Source: an uncultured Clostridiaceae bacterium
GTDB lineage: Bacteria; Bacillota; Clostridia; Ch29
Direction: 5' to 3'
Assembly: GCA_964508195.1 (NCBI GenBank)
Contig: CAZDSH010000001.1
Span: forward strand, 131,351-195,350
Length of the DNA stretch: 64,000 nucleotides
Positions 20,363 through 31,225 of the stretch are shown here, in pieces. Under the pieces are notes generated by a model that did no database searches, was not told where the DNA came from, and saw only the letters and a list, made by a program, of their open reading frames with translations. Every line of letters begins with the position of its first letter. Within the stretch, counting starts at the first letter, position 1. The translations under genes were made by a program, and so were the position numbers.

Positions 20363-21190
20363 TTAGCCCCTGCCCCCCTCCAGCCCTATAAAGGCCGCTA
20401 GGCTGCCGGTATCCCTTCCCTCTCCTCTATAAGAATAAAATAGGCCTGGATTACACCTTGTACATAGCCCGCTATCAGTAATATTTTCTTCTTTTACACC
20501 GGCTTTACATAAAATCCTTTTATTCGTCTGTTGCAGATCGAGGAGGTATTTATCCTTGCCAAGATATCTCGTAACCTCCTGCCAATGTTTAAAGTTTCGT
20601 CTAAGTTCGTCTATAACCGGCCCATCCACTTCATAACAATCCTTACAGATAGAGGGCCCTATCCCAACTAATATATCCCTAGGTTCCGTATTGAAGGCAT
20701 CCTCCATTTTCATTACCGTCTTTTTTGCAATACCGGATATCGTTCCCTTCCATCCGGCATGGGCTAAACCAATTGCCGGACTTTTCGGATCTAAAAAATA
20801 AAGGGGTACACAGTCTGCGTGGAATGTCACGAGGGTAAGGCCCCCTTGAGCCGTTATAAATCCGTCGGTATTTCTTATATCCGAGGCGCGCCATATCCCT
20901 TTACCCCTATCCTTTGTATCTACTTCCTTTATAGTCGTGCCATGCACCTGATGCGCCAGTATTAGCCCTTCTACATCAACCCCCGTTACATCGCAAAGCC
21001 GTTTAAAGTTACGGATCCTCTCCCTCCTAAGGCCTACCTTTGGAGGGCCTAGACTTAGTTCTATCGGTCCGCCCCTTTCCTTTATGCCTCCAACCCTTGT
21101 GCTGAACAGGTGTCTCACAAGGCCCGTATTGTCGAAGGAAGGTATCGTGAAGTATGTAAGGCCGTTTACATCATGCCTTCTAAACGTCAT
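20363..21190 (-). CDS. pgeF: Peptidoglycan editing factor PgeF (YfiH / DUF152 laccase-domain purine nucleoside phosphorylase-like).
   Basis: [15 protein letters not shown] and HAGWKG motifs. Length is 275 aa. Confidence 0.8.
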   Translation of the reverse strand: MTFRRHDVNGLTYFTIPSFDNTGLVRHLFSTRVGGIKERGGPIELSLGPPKVGLRRERIRNFKRLCDVTGVDVEGLILAHQVHGTTIKEVDTKDRGKGIWRASDIRNTDGFITAQGGLTLVTFHADCVPLYFLDPKSPAIGLAHAGWKGTISGIAKKTVMKMEDAFNTEPRDILVGIGPSICKDCYEVDGPVIDELRRNFKHWQEVTRYLGKDKYLLDLQQTNKRILCKAGVKEENITDSGLCTRCNPGLFYSYRGEGRDTGSLAAFIGLEGGRG

Positions 21191-21668
21191 CGGAATCCTC
21201 CATATTTCTTTCCTTTTCCTTTTCCAATAGCCTGCTAAGCTCCTCCATAAATGTATTTATATCCTTAAACTGCCGGTATACCGATGCGAACCTAACATAG
21301 GCCACTTCGTCCAACTCTTCTAACTCGGCCATTATTATCTCCCCTATGGTCTTGCTGGTTATCTCCTTTTCGGGCATACTGTATAGTTTTTTCTCTATCT
21401 CATCTACAAGATTATTTATCTCCTCCATGGCTATGGGCCTCTTTTCCATGGCCTTTATTATGCCGCCTAAAATCTTTTCCCTATTAAAATGTTCCCTCCT
21501 ACCATCCTTTTTGACCACCATAAGGGGGAGACGATCCAACTTTTCGTAGGTAGTAAACCGTCTATTGCATTTAGTGCATTCCCTCCTACGCCTTATAATA
21601 AAACCCTCATCGGTAGGCCGAGAATCCACTACCTTTGAATCGAGATTGCCGCAAAATGGACATTTCAT
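21180..21668 (-). CDS. nrdR: Transcriptional repressor NrdR.
   Basis: [18 protein letters not shown] zinc ribbon followed by an ATP-cone. Start at the internal Met with GGAGGGG upstream. Confidence 0.9.
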   Translation of the reverse strand: MKCPFCGNLDSKVVDSRPTDEGFIIRRRRECTKCNRRFTTYEKLDRLPLMVVKKDGRREHFNREKILGGIIKAMEKRPIAMEEINNLVDEIEKKLYSMPEKEITSKTIGEIIMAELEELDEVAYVRFASVYRQFKDINTFMEELSRLLEKEKERNMEDSDDV

Positions 21669-21725
21669 ACACTTTTTCCCCTCCCCTTGGCCTATATGAA
21701 TTATATTACAATAATTCAACATTTT

Positions 21726-22001
21726 CTAGGGAGTATGACTTATTTCTAAATCTATGGTTTCTTTAAATTCTACGAGGATTACATCTATACCGATATGTAC
21801 TATATCCTCCCAGGGTATCAACATGTCCTTTTCCCTGTTAAAAAGCCCAAAAAACCTATCCGGCCCTGGGATAATTATAGCCTCCACTTTACCCTCCTCT
21901 AAGTTTACCTCCATATCCGATATCAGCCCTAGATTCCTACCTTCCTTTAACGTGACCACTTCTTTTTCCGCCAGGTCCGATGTCTTTATCATGTAATACA
22001 C
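21726..22001 (-). CDS. YlmC/YmxH family sporulation protein (PRC-barrel).
   Basis: 91 aa. The sequence pattern matches Bacillus YlmC/YmxH. It has the conserved position downstream of sigG. Confidence 0.75.
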   Translation of the reverse strand: MYYMIKTSDLAEKEVVTLKEGRNLGLISDMEVNLEEGKVEAIIIPGPDRFFGLFNREKDMLIPWEDIVHIGIDVILVEFKETIDLEISHTP

Positions 22002-22082
22002 CGCCTTAATATTCTTTTTTTAATGGGATATAATTTTATTAACACTTTATATATATGTGGGACAAGGGGTATTTATGCAAAA

Positions 22083-22113
22083 CAAAGGACCTGCAACCGT
22101 AGCCACAGATCCT
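22083..22113 (-). terminator. Weak terminator-like hairpin just after the sigG stop.
   Basis: 10-bp stem with one mismatch (AAAGGACCTG/CAGATCCTTT), a 12-nt loop, then GTTTTG on the minus strand. Confidence 0.3.
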
Positions 22114-22887
22114 TTACATATGCTTTTTCATGTGATTTAATGCGGACTTTTCTAGTCGTGATACCTGGGCCTGGGAAATACCGATTTCCTTCGCCACTTC
22201 CATCTGGGTTCTGCCTTCGAAAAAACGTAAGTTCAATATCAGTTTTTCCCTTTCGTTTAATTTTCGCATAGCTTCCCGTAGGGCTATTCCTTCCATCCAC
22301 ACTTCATCTGCGTTCTTTTCATCCTTCACCTGATCCATAACGTATATGGCATCCCCGCTGTCATGGTATATCGGTTCAAATAATGATACGGGATCCTGTA
22401 TAGCATCCAGGGCGAATACTACCTCCTCCCTAGGCATATCTAACTCTTTGGATATCTCAGATATAGTGGGTTCCTTTGAATGTTTATGGATGAGTTGATC
22501 CCGTACCTGTAATGCTCTGTATGCGATATCCCGCAAAGATCTACTCACCCTTATGGAATTATTATCCCTTAGATACCTTCGTATCTCGCCTATTATCATG
22601 GGAACAGCATAGGTGGAAAACTTAACATTCTGACTTAAATCAAAATTATCTATGGCTTTAATGAGGCCGACGCAACCTACTTGAAACAAATCGTCGAGGT
22701 ATTCTCCACGGTTGCTAAACCTTTGGATGACGCTTAATACTAACCTAAGGTTACCCTTGATAAACTCCTCCCGGGCGCTTTTATCCCCCTTATGCATCCT
22801 TGCAAAAAGGGCCCTCATTTCCTTATTGGTAAGCACCGGAAGCTTTGATGTGTTTACTCCGCATATTTCCACTTTGTTTATATACAT
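22114..22887 (-). CDS. sigG: RNA polymerase sporulation sigma factor SigG.
   Basis: Start YINKVEICGVNTSKLPVL... then GNLRLVLSVIQRF and a C-terminus that aligns residue-for-residue by pattern with B. subtilis SigG. Confidence 0.92.
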   Translation of the reverse strand: MYINKVEICGVNTSKLPVLTNKEMRALFARMHKGDKSAREEFIKGNLRLVLSVIQRFSNRGEYLDDLFQVGCVGLIKAIDNFDLSQNVKFSTYAVPMIIGEIRRYLRDNNSIRVSRSLRDIAYRALQVRDQLIHKHSKEPTISEISKELDMPREEVVFALDAIQDPVSLFEPIYHDSGDAIYVMDQVKDEKNADEVWMEGIALREAMRKLNEREKLILNLRFFEGRTQMEVAKEIGISQAQVSRLEKSALNHMKKHM

Positions 22888-22923
22888 TGCATCAGCCTTC
22901 TTTCTTCCAGCCACTAACATCTG

Positions 22924-22954
22924 TGATTATTCCACTGCCCGGATGCTTTTATAC
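22924..22954 (-). promoter_or_regulatory. Candidate forespore-sigma (SigF/SigG-type) promoter for sigG.
   Basis: On the minus strand: GTATA, 16 nt, then GGAATAATCA. This resembles the GTATA-N15-GGnnAnAnTA class. It lies about 35 nt upstream of the sigG start. Confidence 0.3.
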
Positions 22955-22956
22955 AT

Positions 22957-22988
22957 AAAAAAACTGCCTACTTAGGTGGCAGTTTTTT
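22957..22988 (-). terminator. Bidirectional terminator-like hairpin between sigE and sigG.
   Basis: AAAAAAA-CTGCC-tacttaggt-GGCAG-TTTTTT. A- and T-runs are present on both flanks. Confidence 0.55.
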
Positions 22989-23015
22989 CTTATACGGCAT
23001 ATTCGGAAAATAGGT

Positions 23016-23744
23016 TTATACCATTCTACTGATCTCCTTTTTTAACCTTTTTATTATCCTTTTTTCGAGCCGGGAAATATAGGATTGGGATATGCCTAAA
23101 AGGTCCGCTACTTCCTTTTGTGTACGTTCTTGGCCACCGCCTAACCCAAACCTAAGCTTCATTATCCGTTTCTCCCGTTCGTTTAATTTCTTCATCGCAA
23201 GGCCTAACAGTTCCCTATCCACTTCCTTTTCCAGGCATCTATAAATAATATCGTTTTCTGTGCCTAGTATATCCGAAAGCAGAAGTTCATTCCCATCCCA
23301 GTCCACGTTAAGGGGTTCATCGAAGGATATCTCCGCTTTAAGTTTATTGTTCCTCCTTATATACATGAGTATCTCGTTTTCTATGCACCTTGATGCGTAG
23401 GTAGCAAGTTTTATATTCTTACCCGGATCAAAGGTGTTCACAGCCTTTATAAGACCAATAGTCCCTATAGATATTAGATCCTCAACGCACAGGCCGGTAT
23501 TTTCGAACTTCCTCGCTATATACACAACTAACCTAAGATTACGTTCGATTAGTATAGTCTGTACGGATTTCTCCCCATCTTTCAGCTTTGACACCAAATG
23601 TTTCTCCTCATCGATTGTAAGGGGCGGGGGTAATACTTCGCTACCTCCTATATAGAATATCCGTGCCGGCGGTGAAAGCCCTAATCGATGAAAAAGTTTT
23701 ATTAAATAGATCCTAACAACAAATCTGTATCGGCGTGTCATCAT
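23016..23744 (-). CDS. sigE: RNA polymerase sporulation sigma factor SigE (pro-sigma-E).
   Basis: The pro-sequence [22 protein letters not shown] is followed by [26 protein letters not shown] and a C-terminus that matches B. subtilis SigE by pattern. ATGA overlap with spoIIGA. Confidence 0.92.
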   Translation of the reverse strand: MMTRRYRFVVRIYLIKLFHRLGLSPPARIFYIGGSEVLPPPLTIDEEKHLVSKLKDGEKSVQTILIERNLRLVVYIARKFENTGLCVEDLISIGTIGLIKAVNTFDPGKNIKLATYASRCIENEILMYIRRNNKLKAEISFDEPLNVDWDGNELLLSDILGTENDIIYRCLEKEVDRELLGLAMKKLNEREKRIMKLRFGLGGGQERTQKEVADLLGISQSYISRLEKRIIKRLKKEISRMV

Positions 23745-23746
23745 CT

Positions 23747-24643
23747 TCACATCCTCCCCCCTTGTCTTATCAATACCGGGTTTAGCAATGCCGTATACTC
23801 TTCGTTCTCCGATAGGGGTTTGGAATAGATCGCCACTATTACATTTTGCATATACCGGTTTCCTACGGTTACTCCGTCGGCCTTGAAACCTAACAACATT
23901 CCCTTTTCCTTCCCTAAGGAACAAAAGGGTATGAGCCTTAGTCTAGATGACCAATCCGCCTTTTTAAAACCATCGTATACGCTTTCTAGGTCCTCCTCAT
24001 GGTTTTGTTCGTATATCTCCCTTATGCTTTCATGGAGCAGCCCCTTTATTACGGAATACTGCACCACTATTACGGGATAATTTGTAATAGGATCGAAAAG
24101 TTCGTTACCTGTATCCAAAAGCCCCATCGCTTCTACGGATTTATCCCCGACGTTTATCTTAAGGTCATAGTAAAGGGACATCTTCTCCAGATAACTGTAA
24201 AGGGGCATAAGGCACAGCCTTATTATCGCTGTAGTAACGACACCGGCGCCTATTGTTACCGATAGGGGAATACCCCTAATGAGGAATACGCCGCCGGCGT
24301 TCACAATACTTGTATTAGTAAAATAAAAAAGCCCGAAGACCGCGCCACCTAGGATAAAAGAAATGAGGTAAAATACCGATAATTGTTTTAAAAATTCTCT
24401 AAACCGTGAAGGAGTGAAGGCTATTATTATAATGAGCAACGATAAAAGTACCTTCATTACTGAACTATGCAATATTTTATACCCGGGAAAGAATATAAAC
24501 AATGCATAAAGCGCCCCCACTATGGAAGCGATGAACATTTTAAACCTACCGGCATGCATCTTTAAAGTAATAGACGTTAACCAAAGTATAAGGTAATTTA
24601 TAATAATATTTTCTAAAAGTAGCATGTCCGCATAAATTTCCAT
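23747..24643 (-). CDS. spoIIGA: Sigma-E processing peptidase SpoIIGA.
   Basis: Five-TM N-terminal domain and a C-terminal aspartic protease motif LLDTGN. Position upstream of sigE. The ORF track starts at 24685 and [10 protein letters not shown] is the preferred start. Confidence 0.85.
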   Translation of the reverse strand: MEIYADMLLLENIIINYLILWLTSITLKMHAGRFKMFIASIVGALYALFIFFPGYKILHSSVMKVLLSLLIIIIAFTPSRFREFLKQLSVFYLISFILGGAVFGLFYFTNTSIVNAGGVFLIRGIPLSVTIGAGVVTTAIIRLCLMPLYSYLEKMSLYYDLKINVGDKSVEAMGLLDTGNELFDPITNYPVIVVQYSVIKGLLHESIREIYEQNHEEDLESVYDGFKKADWSSRLRLIPFCSLGKEKGMLLGFKADGVTVGNRYMQNVIVAIYSKPLSENEEYTALLNPVLIRQGGRM

Positions 24644-24829
24644 ATTAACCCCCGTCATGAATATAATCGAACAAAGCCGGCCCATATTATAATTACTATT
24701 CGCCAGCTCTGGTCAGTATGTTCATTATATATCACGGGGGCTAAAAACTTTGTCACTTGTTGAACGGTCATCATTAAAAAAAAGCAAACTATATACTTTC
24801 AAAACATCCCATAGGACCTGCCCTTTTTT

Positions 24830-25906
24830 TTATTTTATGCTTCTTTTCTTACGCAGGAAAGTGGGCACATCTAAATCTATGCCTTCATAACCGCCAAACA
24901 AACTGTCCTCTGTCCTTTTTTCCATTCCTTTTTTAATAGTCTTCTTAGGCTTATCATCGCTAAATCCCGTCGCGATAACGGTTATTCGTATTTCATCCTT
25001 AAGGTTTTCGTCTATAACCGCGCCGAATATTATATTTGCATCGGCATCCGCCGACTGAGATACGAGTTCCGCCGCCTCGTTTACTTCGAACAGCCCTAGG
25101 TTGGAACCGCCGGTGATGTTCAATAGGACACCCTTAGCACCCTCTATAGAGGTTTCTAATAATGGACTTTGGATTGCCTGTTTTGCCGCCTCCGCAGCCC
25201 GGTTTTCGCCATTGGAACAGCCTATCCCCATATGGGCCATCCCGGTGTTAAGCATTATCGTTTTAACATCGGCAAAGTCCAAATTAACAAGCCCGGGTAC
25301 TGCAATAAGATCCGAGATACCCTGCACACCCTGCCGCAGCACATCATCGGCAATGGTAAAGGCCTCTATAATAGAGGTCCTTTTTTCGGATATCTGCAAT
25401 AACCTATCGTTAGGGATAATAACCAAGGTATCGACCTTTTCCTTAAGCTCCTTTATACCTTCATTGGCATGTAATGCCCTTTTACGTCCTTCGAATGTAA
25501 AGGGCTTTGTAACGATCCCCACAGTCAATATGCCGAGCTGTCTAGCGATGTCCGCAATTATCGGGGTAGCCCCCGTCCCCGTGCCGCCGCCCATACCGGC
25601 GGTTATGAATACCATATCTGAACCCTGTAATAAATTATGTATGATTTCCCTACTCTCCTCTGCGGCCTTTTGGCCTATTTCCGGGTTAGCCCCGGCTCCT
25701 AAGCCCTTTGTCAGCTTTTCGCCAATTTGCACCTTATGGGAGGCATTCGATAACAAGAGGGCTTGCCTATCGGTGTTAACCGCTATAAAATCTACCCCTT
25801 TTAACCTCGCATCAATCATCCTGTTAACAGCGTTACTGCCACCGCCGCCAACGCCAATTACTTTGATTACCGCAAATTGATTGTTCTCTAAATCAAACTC
25901 CAGCAT
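24830..25906 (-). CDS. ftsZ: Cell division protein FtsZ.
   Basis: [13 protein letters not shown] tubulin signature and the NTDRQAL motif. Confidence 0.95.
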   Translation of the reverse strand: MLEFDLENNQFAVIKVIGVGGGGSNAVNRMIDARLKGVDFIAVNTDRQALLLSNASHKVQIGEKLTKGLGAGANPEIGQKAAEESREIIHNLLQGSDMVFITAGMGGGTGTGATPIIADIARQLGILTVGIVTKPFTFEGRKRALHANEGIKELKEKVDTLVIIPNDRLLQISEKRTSIIEAFTIADDVLRQGVQGISDLIAVPGLVNLDFADVKTIMLNTGMAHMGIGCSNGENRAAEAAKQAIQSPLLETSIEGAKGVLLNITGGSNLGLFEVNEAAELVSQSADADANIIFGAVIDENLKDEIRITVIATGFSDDKPKKTIKKGMEKRTEDSLFGGYEGIDLDVPTFLRKKRSIK

Positions 25907-25973
25907 AGCCATTATCCCCTTCCTTTAATCGGCATTCCAACCAAGTCTTCAACCTAAAGGAAACGCAAAATAT

Positions 25974-27224
25974 TTAGAAGTATTCATCTAAAAAGTCCTT
26001 CAGCCGGTTTAATACGTTACCTTTTTGTCTCTGCCTTGCTCTTGACCTACCGAATAGTGTAACATTCTTAGTGACCCCTTCTATTTCACCGGGATAATAA
26101 TGTTTTCTACCTGCCAGATACTTTATTATACCTACCCCTGACGAATATACCGGGGAACTTACCCCTATATATTCAGGTATACCTATTCTGACGGGCAATC
26201 CCGTTACTTCCTGCGCAACCTCTTTACTTCCCTTAAGGAAACTTACCCCACCGCCGGTTATTACCACGCCGGAGGCCAGCCTTGTCTTTATGCCGCTTTT
26301 TATTATCTCACGGTTTACTAGGAAAAATATCTCGTAGACCCTCGCTTCGACGATCTCACAAAAATCCTCTATGCTTATTTGTCGTTCGCTGTCATCGGAA
26401 ATCCCCCTAACGAGTACGGTGTCCTGTTGCGCATATTCAGGCTTTATAACACCGTACTGTTTTTTTAAGCTTTCCGCCTCGCTAAAGTTAATGCGCAATC
26501 CAACGGCTAAATCATTCGTAACGCTGTAACCACCGACGGGAATGAACCCGGCCCCCTTTAATACGCCGCCTTCGAAAATCGAATACTCCGTCTTACCCGC
26601 TCCCACATCAATTACTAATACCCCGAGCTCCTTTTCATCCTTACTAAGTAACACTTCACCCAGAGCCAGGGGCTCTGCAACTATACCCTCTATATTAAGA
26701 TCCGCCCGTTCTACGCTTCTAATCAGGTTTCGAAGGGTAGTGCTGTTGCATGCAATTATGCTGGCATCTATTTCGAGCCTTGTCCCAAACATGCCCACAG
26801 GATCACGAATACCATCGTACCCGTCCACTATAAACTGTAGGGGCACAATATCTATTATTTCCTTCTCCGGGGGTAGTGCAAATATCCTCGCAGCCTTCAT
26901 AACCCTTTCTACATCCTCGTCGGTTATCTCTCCATCCTCCGCTGTAACCGCTATTACACCCCTATTTTCATATAGCGTTATATGGCCGCCGGATATGTTT
27001 ATAAACACTGAACCCACTTCCATACCCGCCATGTGTTGGAGCTGGTCCATCGCCTGTTTGACCGCTGATGCTGTGCTTTCTATATCGACTACGACGCCCT
27101 TTTTGACACCATTATTGGGACTAATCCCAACACCTAGTATCTGAACGCCGCCGGAACCCGACTTTGCCAAAACCGCACTTATCTTTGACGTCCCTATATC
27201 CAAACCGGCAATAATGCTATCCAT
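25974..27224 (-). CDS. ftsA: Cell division protein FtsA.
   Basis: Actin-like ATPase with the N-terminal motif AGLDIGTSKI. 416 aa. Position upstream of ftsZ. Confidence 0.92.
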   Translation of the reverse strand: MDSIIAGLDIGTSKISAVLAKSGSGGVQILGVGISPNNGVKKGVVVDIESTASAVKQAMDQLQHMAGMEVGSVFINISGGHITLYENRGVIAVTAEDGEITDEDVERVMKAARIFALPPEKEIIDIVPLQFIVDGYDGIRDPVGMFGTRLEIDASIIACNSTTLRNLIRSVERADLNIEGIVAEPLALGEVLLSKDEKELGVLVIDVGAGKTEYSIFEGGVLKGAGFIPVGGYSVTNDLAVGLRINFSEAESLKKQYGVIKPEYAQQDTVLVRGISDDSERQISIEDFCEIVEARVYEIFFLVNREIIKSGIKTRLASGVVITGGGVSFLKGSKEVAQEVTGLPVRIGIPEYIGVSSPVYSSGVGIIKYLAGRKHYYPGEIEGVTKNVTLFGRSRARQRQKGNVLNRLKDFLDEYF

Positions 27225-27334
27225 ATCCCGCTGCCCCCCTTAGGCTTATCCTTTCACCAAACATTACGGCTTAATAATAGATTTCAATTTTAGCTTTGCC
27301 CCTTACTTCATTAATCTATGGCAAACGCCTTTGT

Positions 27335-27685
27335 TTACGAATCCTCGCCTATATTAAATATACGACGTCGGATTGTGGCAAAGTTCTGGAACAGCCTCGT
27401 ACCGAAGACTACAACCGCCGCAAGGTATATAGGCACACCTAACCTGTCCCCGATATAGGCTAAGGAAGCCGCAAGGATTGCATTGCCGAAAAAACCCGTT
27501 ATAAATACATCGCTATCGAAGTCATCCTCGAGGAATGCCCTTATACCTCCGAATACTGAATCCAAAGCCGCAAGGATAGCCACAGAAAGGTACGCAGAGT
27601 ACGCTACCGGTACATTAATTGGAAAGAATAATCCTAACAATACCCCTAAAGCAAGTCCAACAAGTGCCAATATCAATTTATTCAC
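27335..27685 (-). CDS. sbp: Small basic protein Sbp (DUF1290).
   Basis: 116 aa membrane protein at the conserved position between the DUF881 genes and ftsA. Confidence 0.7.
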   Translation of the reverse strand: MNKLILALVGLALGVLLGLFFPINVPVAYSAYLSVAILAALDSVFGGIRAFLEDDFDSDVFITGFFGNAILAASLAYIGDRLGVPIYLAAVVVFGTRLFQNFATIRRRIFNIGEDS

Positions 27686-27689
27686 CCTT

Positions 27690-28403
27690 TTATTGTAATT
27701 TTACATATTTAAAGCTCATAGCCCCTGTATATCCGGGAACGATTAATTCTTCCTTCCGTTCAATGTTCACCTGCAGCCCGTAATATTCCAAGAGATCGAG
27801 GTAACCGCTCCCATAATCGTTCATATAACCGTAGAGGTTGTTCGGCTCACCTATTGCCACGATTGTATAGGGCGGTGCATATCTGACGGTATTAATATTT
27901 ATAGTCGGCCCCCCGCATCGTATCTCGGTATTAAACATTATCCTTTGACCGTTAATCGCAATAGCCTCGGCCCCCGCCGCCTTAAGCTCTGAGACGATTG
28001 CCAGGATATCCTCATCGTGTATCAACAAAAGATTAGGATCATTATCTCCTATGATCTCCCAGCTACTATCGTCTAGCAATATCTCAATGCCCGGCCCCGT
28101 AACCTCCGTAAGCCCCGCTAGCATCTCCGCCTGGGTTAACTGCTGTTCTAAGACTTCGTTAAGGTTACCCTGTTCGTCCATTGCCTTTTTGTATTCTTCG
28201 TTCCTGGCCCTTAGACCGATGTACTGCTTATGTAGGCCATCTATTTCGGACAGGGTATTGTGCAGATCATTCTCAAGTTGCGGTACCGTCTCGGGGCTTA
28301 TTAGCCCTATCCCTTCCTGGGGTATTTTAAACTGAACTGTGAGGGTAAGCCCTAATAGCAGTGCCCCTAAGAACATCACACCATTTTTAAACAGTTTTTT
28401 CAT
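27690..28403 (-). CDS. DUF881 domain protein (YlxW/YlxX-like).
   Basis: N-terminal TM segment, a coiled-coil and a DUF881-like C-terminus. It is the paralog of the next gene. Confidence 0.7.
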   Translation of the reverse strand: MKKLFKNGVMFLGALLLGLTLTVQFKIPQEGIGLISPETVPQLENDLHNTLSEIDGLHKQYIGLRARNEEYKKAMDEQGNLNEVLEQQLTQAEMLAGLTEVTGPGIEILLDDSSWEIIGDNDPNLLLIHDEDILAIVSELKAAGAEAIAINGQRIMFNTEIRCGGPTININTVRYAPPYTIVAIGEPNNLYGYMNDYGSGYLDLLEYYGLQVNIERKEELIVPGYTGAMSFKYVKLQ

Positions 28404-28414
28404 ACGGCCTCCCC

Positions 28415-29119
28415 CTATTTGCTAACGGGCTTTGCATATTTAAATTCAAGGACTTTGCTATACCGGGGCACGAACATATCCTGTTCTTTTTTTATGTTCA
28501 CAGAAATTCCGTAATAATCGAGCTCCTCGACTATACCGCCCTTTAGTTTTAGCGCAGCCTCTAGCGTCTGGGGATCACCGATAGCCTTAAATACGAAGGG
28601 AGGAGCAAATCTCTGGTAGTTTATGTTTATATGGGAGCCCGCAAGCCTTATTTCCGTCATCGCTATTACTCGCTGATCGTTAATAGATACGGCTTCGGCT
28701 CCGGCGGAGTTCAGCTCGTTTAGCACCTTAAGGAGCTTATCATAATGTATATAAAACACGTTAAACTCCTGATCAAAGTGCGCCTCGGAAAGGGTGACTA
28801 TAATACCGGGCCCCTCTACATCTGTGAGCCCAGCCAACAGTCTGGCCTTTTCTAAATCACTTTTCATCCCTTCGGCTATTACGCTCACCTTAGCGGCGGA
28901 TTCCTCGTATTCCGATATCCTGTTTTCGTATTCCCGAATCTGCTGCAAAAGGGTATCCCTTTGGGCCCTTGCATCCTTAAGCTCCTTCGCAAGCTCCTGG
29001 GCCCTCTGTACCGAGAGTATACCCCCATAATCCTGCACATTCCTGAATTGGAGGGCTAACATTAACCCCAGGGCTAAGCACACTATGCCTATTGAAAGCT
29101 GTGCCTTAATCCTTCTCAC
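28415..29119 (-). CDS. DUF881 domain protein (YlxW/YlxX-like).
   Basis: Same architecture as the neighbouring gene. The order divIB-DUF881-DUF881-sbp-ftsA matches Bacillus. Confidence 0.7.
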   Translation of the reverse strand: MRRIKAQLSIGIVCLALGLMLALQFRNVQDYGGILSVQRAQELAKELKDARAQRDTLLQQIREYENRISEYEESAAKVSVIAEGMKSDLEKARLLAGLTDVEGPGIIVTLSEAHFDQEFNVFYIHYDKLLKVLNELNSAGAEAVSINDQRVIAMTEIRLAGSHININYQRFAPPFVFKAIGDPQTLEAALKLKGGIVEELDYYGISVNIKKEQDMFVPRYSKVLEFKYAKPVSK

Positions 29120-29136
29120 ATTTCATCCTCCTATTT

Positions 29137-29874
29137 CTACCAAGGCCTGAAGAAGGCCTTTTCCCCGCGGGAGACATCTATTTCCCCGCCCACATCCTGG
29201 GGATAAAGCTTTTCCAGTATGGTATTGCTGAACTCTAGTTTATAGCTTAGCTCACGTATATCCCCTACCCCTAGGACAAACCTATCCCCTAGCCTTATAA
29301 CGATATCCTGCAAATCCATCACATCAACTTCTATTGGCGAGTACTGAGAAATACTTTTTTTAATATATTTAGAAATATATATAATTTTATCGTATTCAAT
29401 ATTATTATCAATACCTAAAACCTTTTCCGATTGGAAATCCCTTACTTTTATACCGTTAAACACGGGTAATTCCTCGATAGGTAGCTGCGAAGTTGCGCTT
29501 ATAACCCTAGCTTCATCGTCTACAAGGAGGTAACTGCCCATATAGGGTATGTATCCTACAAGATTCCTTTCCTTTATATTTATTATTATCTCCCGTGGCA
29601 TCTTTCTTTTTATATCGGCCTCCATTATAAAGGGGTGCCCCTTTAGCCTTTCCGCTACATCCTTTGTATTTATCCTTAAAATATTCATCCCCGGGCCGAT
29701 ATGGGCGTATTCTATTATTTCGTCATGGCTGATAAGCTCGTTGCCCTGTACCGTAACATTGGAAATACAAAAGAAACTTGTCCCCATAATGAGCAAAGAC
29801 CCTAATATAACAGCGAACAGGAGGAGCAATATAATAATACCCCTTTTATGAGTCCCTTTTTTGTTCCTTCGCAT
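29137..29874 (-). CDS. divIB: Cell division protein DivIB/FtsQ.
   Basis: Basic N-terminus, a single TM segment, and POTRA plus FtsQ-like domains. It holds the conserved position. Confidence 0.8.
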   Translation of the reverse strand: MRRNKKGTHKRGIIILLLLFAVILGSLLIMGTSFFCISNVTVQGNELISHDEIIEYAHIGPGMNILRINTKDVAERLKGHPFIMEADIKRKMPREIIINIKERNLVGYIPYMGSYLLVDDEARVISATSQLPIEELPVFNGIKVRDFQSEKVLGIDNNIEYDKIIYISKYIKKSISQYSPIEVDVMDLQDIVIRLGDRFVLGVGDIRELSYKLEFSNTILEKLYPQDVGGEIDVSRGEKAFFRPW

Positions 29875-31135
29875 TTTCTTCCTCTCCCCGTATCGTCGTA
29901 ATCTCCGCGCCTAAACATCTTAACTTATGCCCGAGATCTTCGTACCCCCTATCAATATGTTCAACGCCCTCCACCTCGGTAACCCCATCCGCTATTAAAC
30001 CCGCTAACACTAGCGCGGCACCCCCCCTTAGATCCTTTGCCGTTACCTGGGCGCCGCTTAATCCGGTCACGCCCCTTACTACGGCTATCCGGCCGTCTAC
30101 CTTTATATCCGCCCCTAGTTTTAAAAGTTCGTCTATATGACGATATCGGTTTTCGAATATAGTCTCAACGAATATACTCGTACCTGAAGCGGTACACATA
30201 GTCGCCATTAACTGTGGCTGTGCATCGGTGGGAAACCCGGGGTGTGGCAATGTTCTAACGAGATCGACGGCCTTTAACCTTTTTGGTGCGATCAATCTTA
30301 AATTATTGCGGTTTGTCTTTATAATGCATCCGCTTTCCTTTAGTTTATCAATAATCGGATGCACGTGCTCTATTATAACCCCCCCTAAGGTTATTTTTCC
30401 GCCGGTTAAAGCTGCAGCGGCCATGTACGTCCCCGCTGCTATACGATCCGATATAACCTTATATTTACAACCCTTGAGCTTCCTTACTCCCTCTATCCTT
30501 ATCACGGAATTGCCTGCACCGTACACCTTTGCACCCATTGCATTTAAAAAACCCTGTAAATCGACTATCTCCGGCTCCTTAGCCGCATTCCTTATTATGG
30601 TTTCGCCCTTTGCCAAAACCGCCGCAAGCATGATATTCTCCGTGGCCCCGACGCTGGGATAATCAAGCTGTATCTCCGTTCCCCTAAGGTCCTCACCTAT
30701 GCAGATTATTTGGCCGTGCAGTTCCGCCTTTGCACCTAATTGGCGCAATCCCTTAAGGTGCAGATCAATAGGCCTTACACCAATGGCACAACCACCAGGA
30801 TAACTGGTCGTAACCCTTCCCATTCTGCCTAACAGAGAACCTAGCAGTATTATAGATGATCGCATTTTTTTTACCAATGCAGTGGGTATCTTGTTTGAAG
30901 TGATATCAGAGGAATCAATCATAACGGTTCGATCCCGGTATTCCACATAACACCCCAGATTACTTAGTATCTCTAGCATTGTAACCACATCATTAAGTGC
31001 AGGCACGTTCTCTATTATATTAATGTCCCCATTGAGTACGGTAGCTGCTAATATGGGGAGCACAGCATTCTTCGCACCTTCCATTTCTATATTACCGGCA
31101 AGGGACTTTCCCCCTATTATCCTGTATAATGACAT
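29846..31135 (-). CDS. murA: UDP-N-acetylglucosamine 1-carboxyvinyltransferase.
   Basis: Start YRIIGGKSLAGNIEMEGAKNAVLPILAA. Length is 429 aa. Confidence 0.9.
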   Translation of the reverse strand: MSLYRIIGGKSLAGNIEMEGAKNAVLPILAATVLNGDINIIENVPALNDVVTMLEILSNLGCYVEYRDRTVMIDSSDITSNKIPTALVKKMRSSIILLGSLLGRMGRVTTSYPGGCAIGVRPIDLHLKGLRQLGAKAELHGQIICIGEDLRGTEIQLDYPSVGATENIMLAAVLAKGETIIRNAAKEPEIVDLQGFLNAMGAKVYGAGNSVIRIEGVRKLKGCKYKVISDRIAAGTYMAAAALTGGKITLGGVIIEHVHPIIDKLKESGCIIKTNRNNLRLIAPKRLKAVDLVRTLPHPGFPTDAQPQLMATMCTASGTSIFVETIFENRYRHIDELLKLGADIKVDGRIAVVRGVTGLSGAQVTAKDLRGGAALVLAGLIADGVTEVEGVEHIDRGYEDLGHKLRCLGAEITTIRGEEENAKEQKRDS

Positions 31136-31225
31136 TTATAGTTCCACCTCCGGGATTTTTGCCTTAAACCGCTTGGAAAAAAAGCAGTATTGTATATTTC
31201 ATACTATGCAAAATCCCGAAGAGTG

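Noticed and set aside
24686-24829. Spo0A boxes or a sigma-A promoter upstream of spoIIGA.
   Set aside because: Only weak partial matches to TGTCGAA (TTCGCCA and TTTGTCAC) are present. This is not convincing without a position weight matrix scan.
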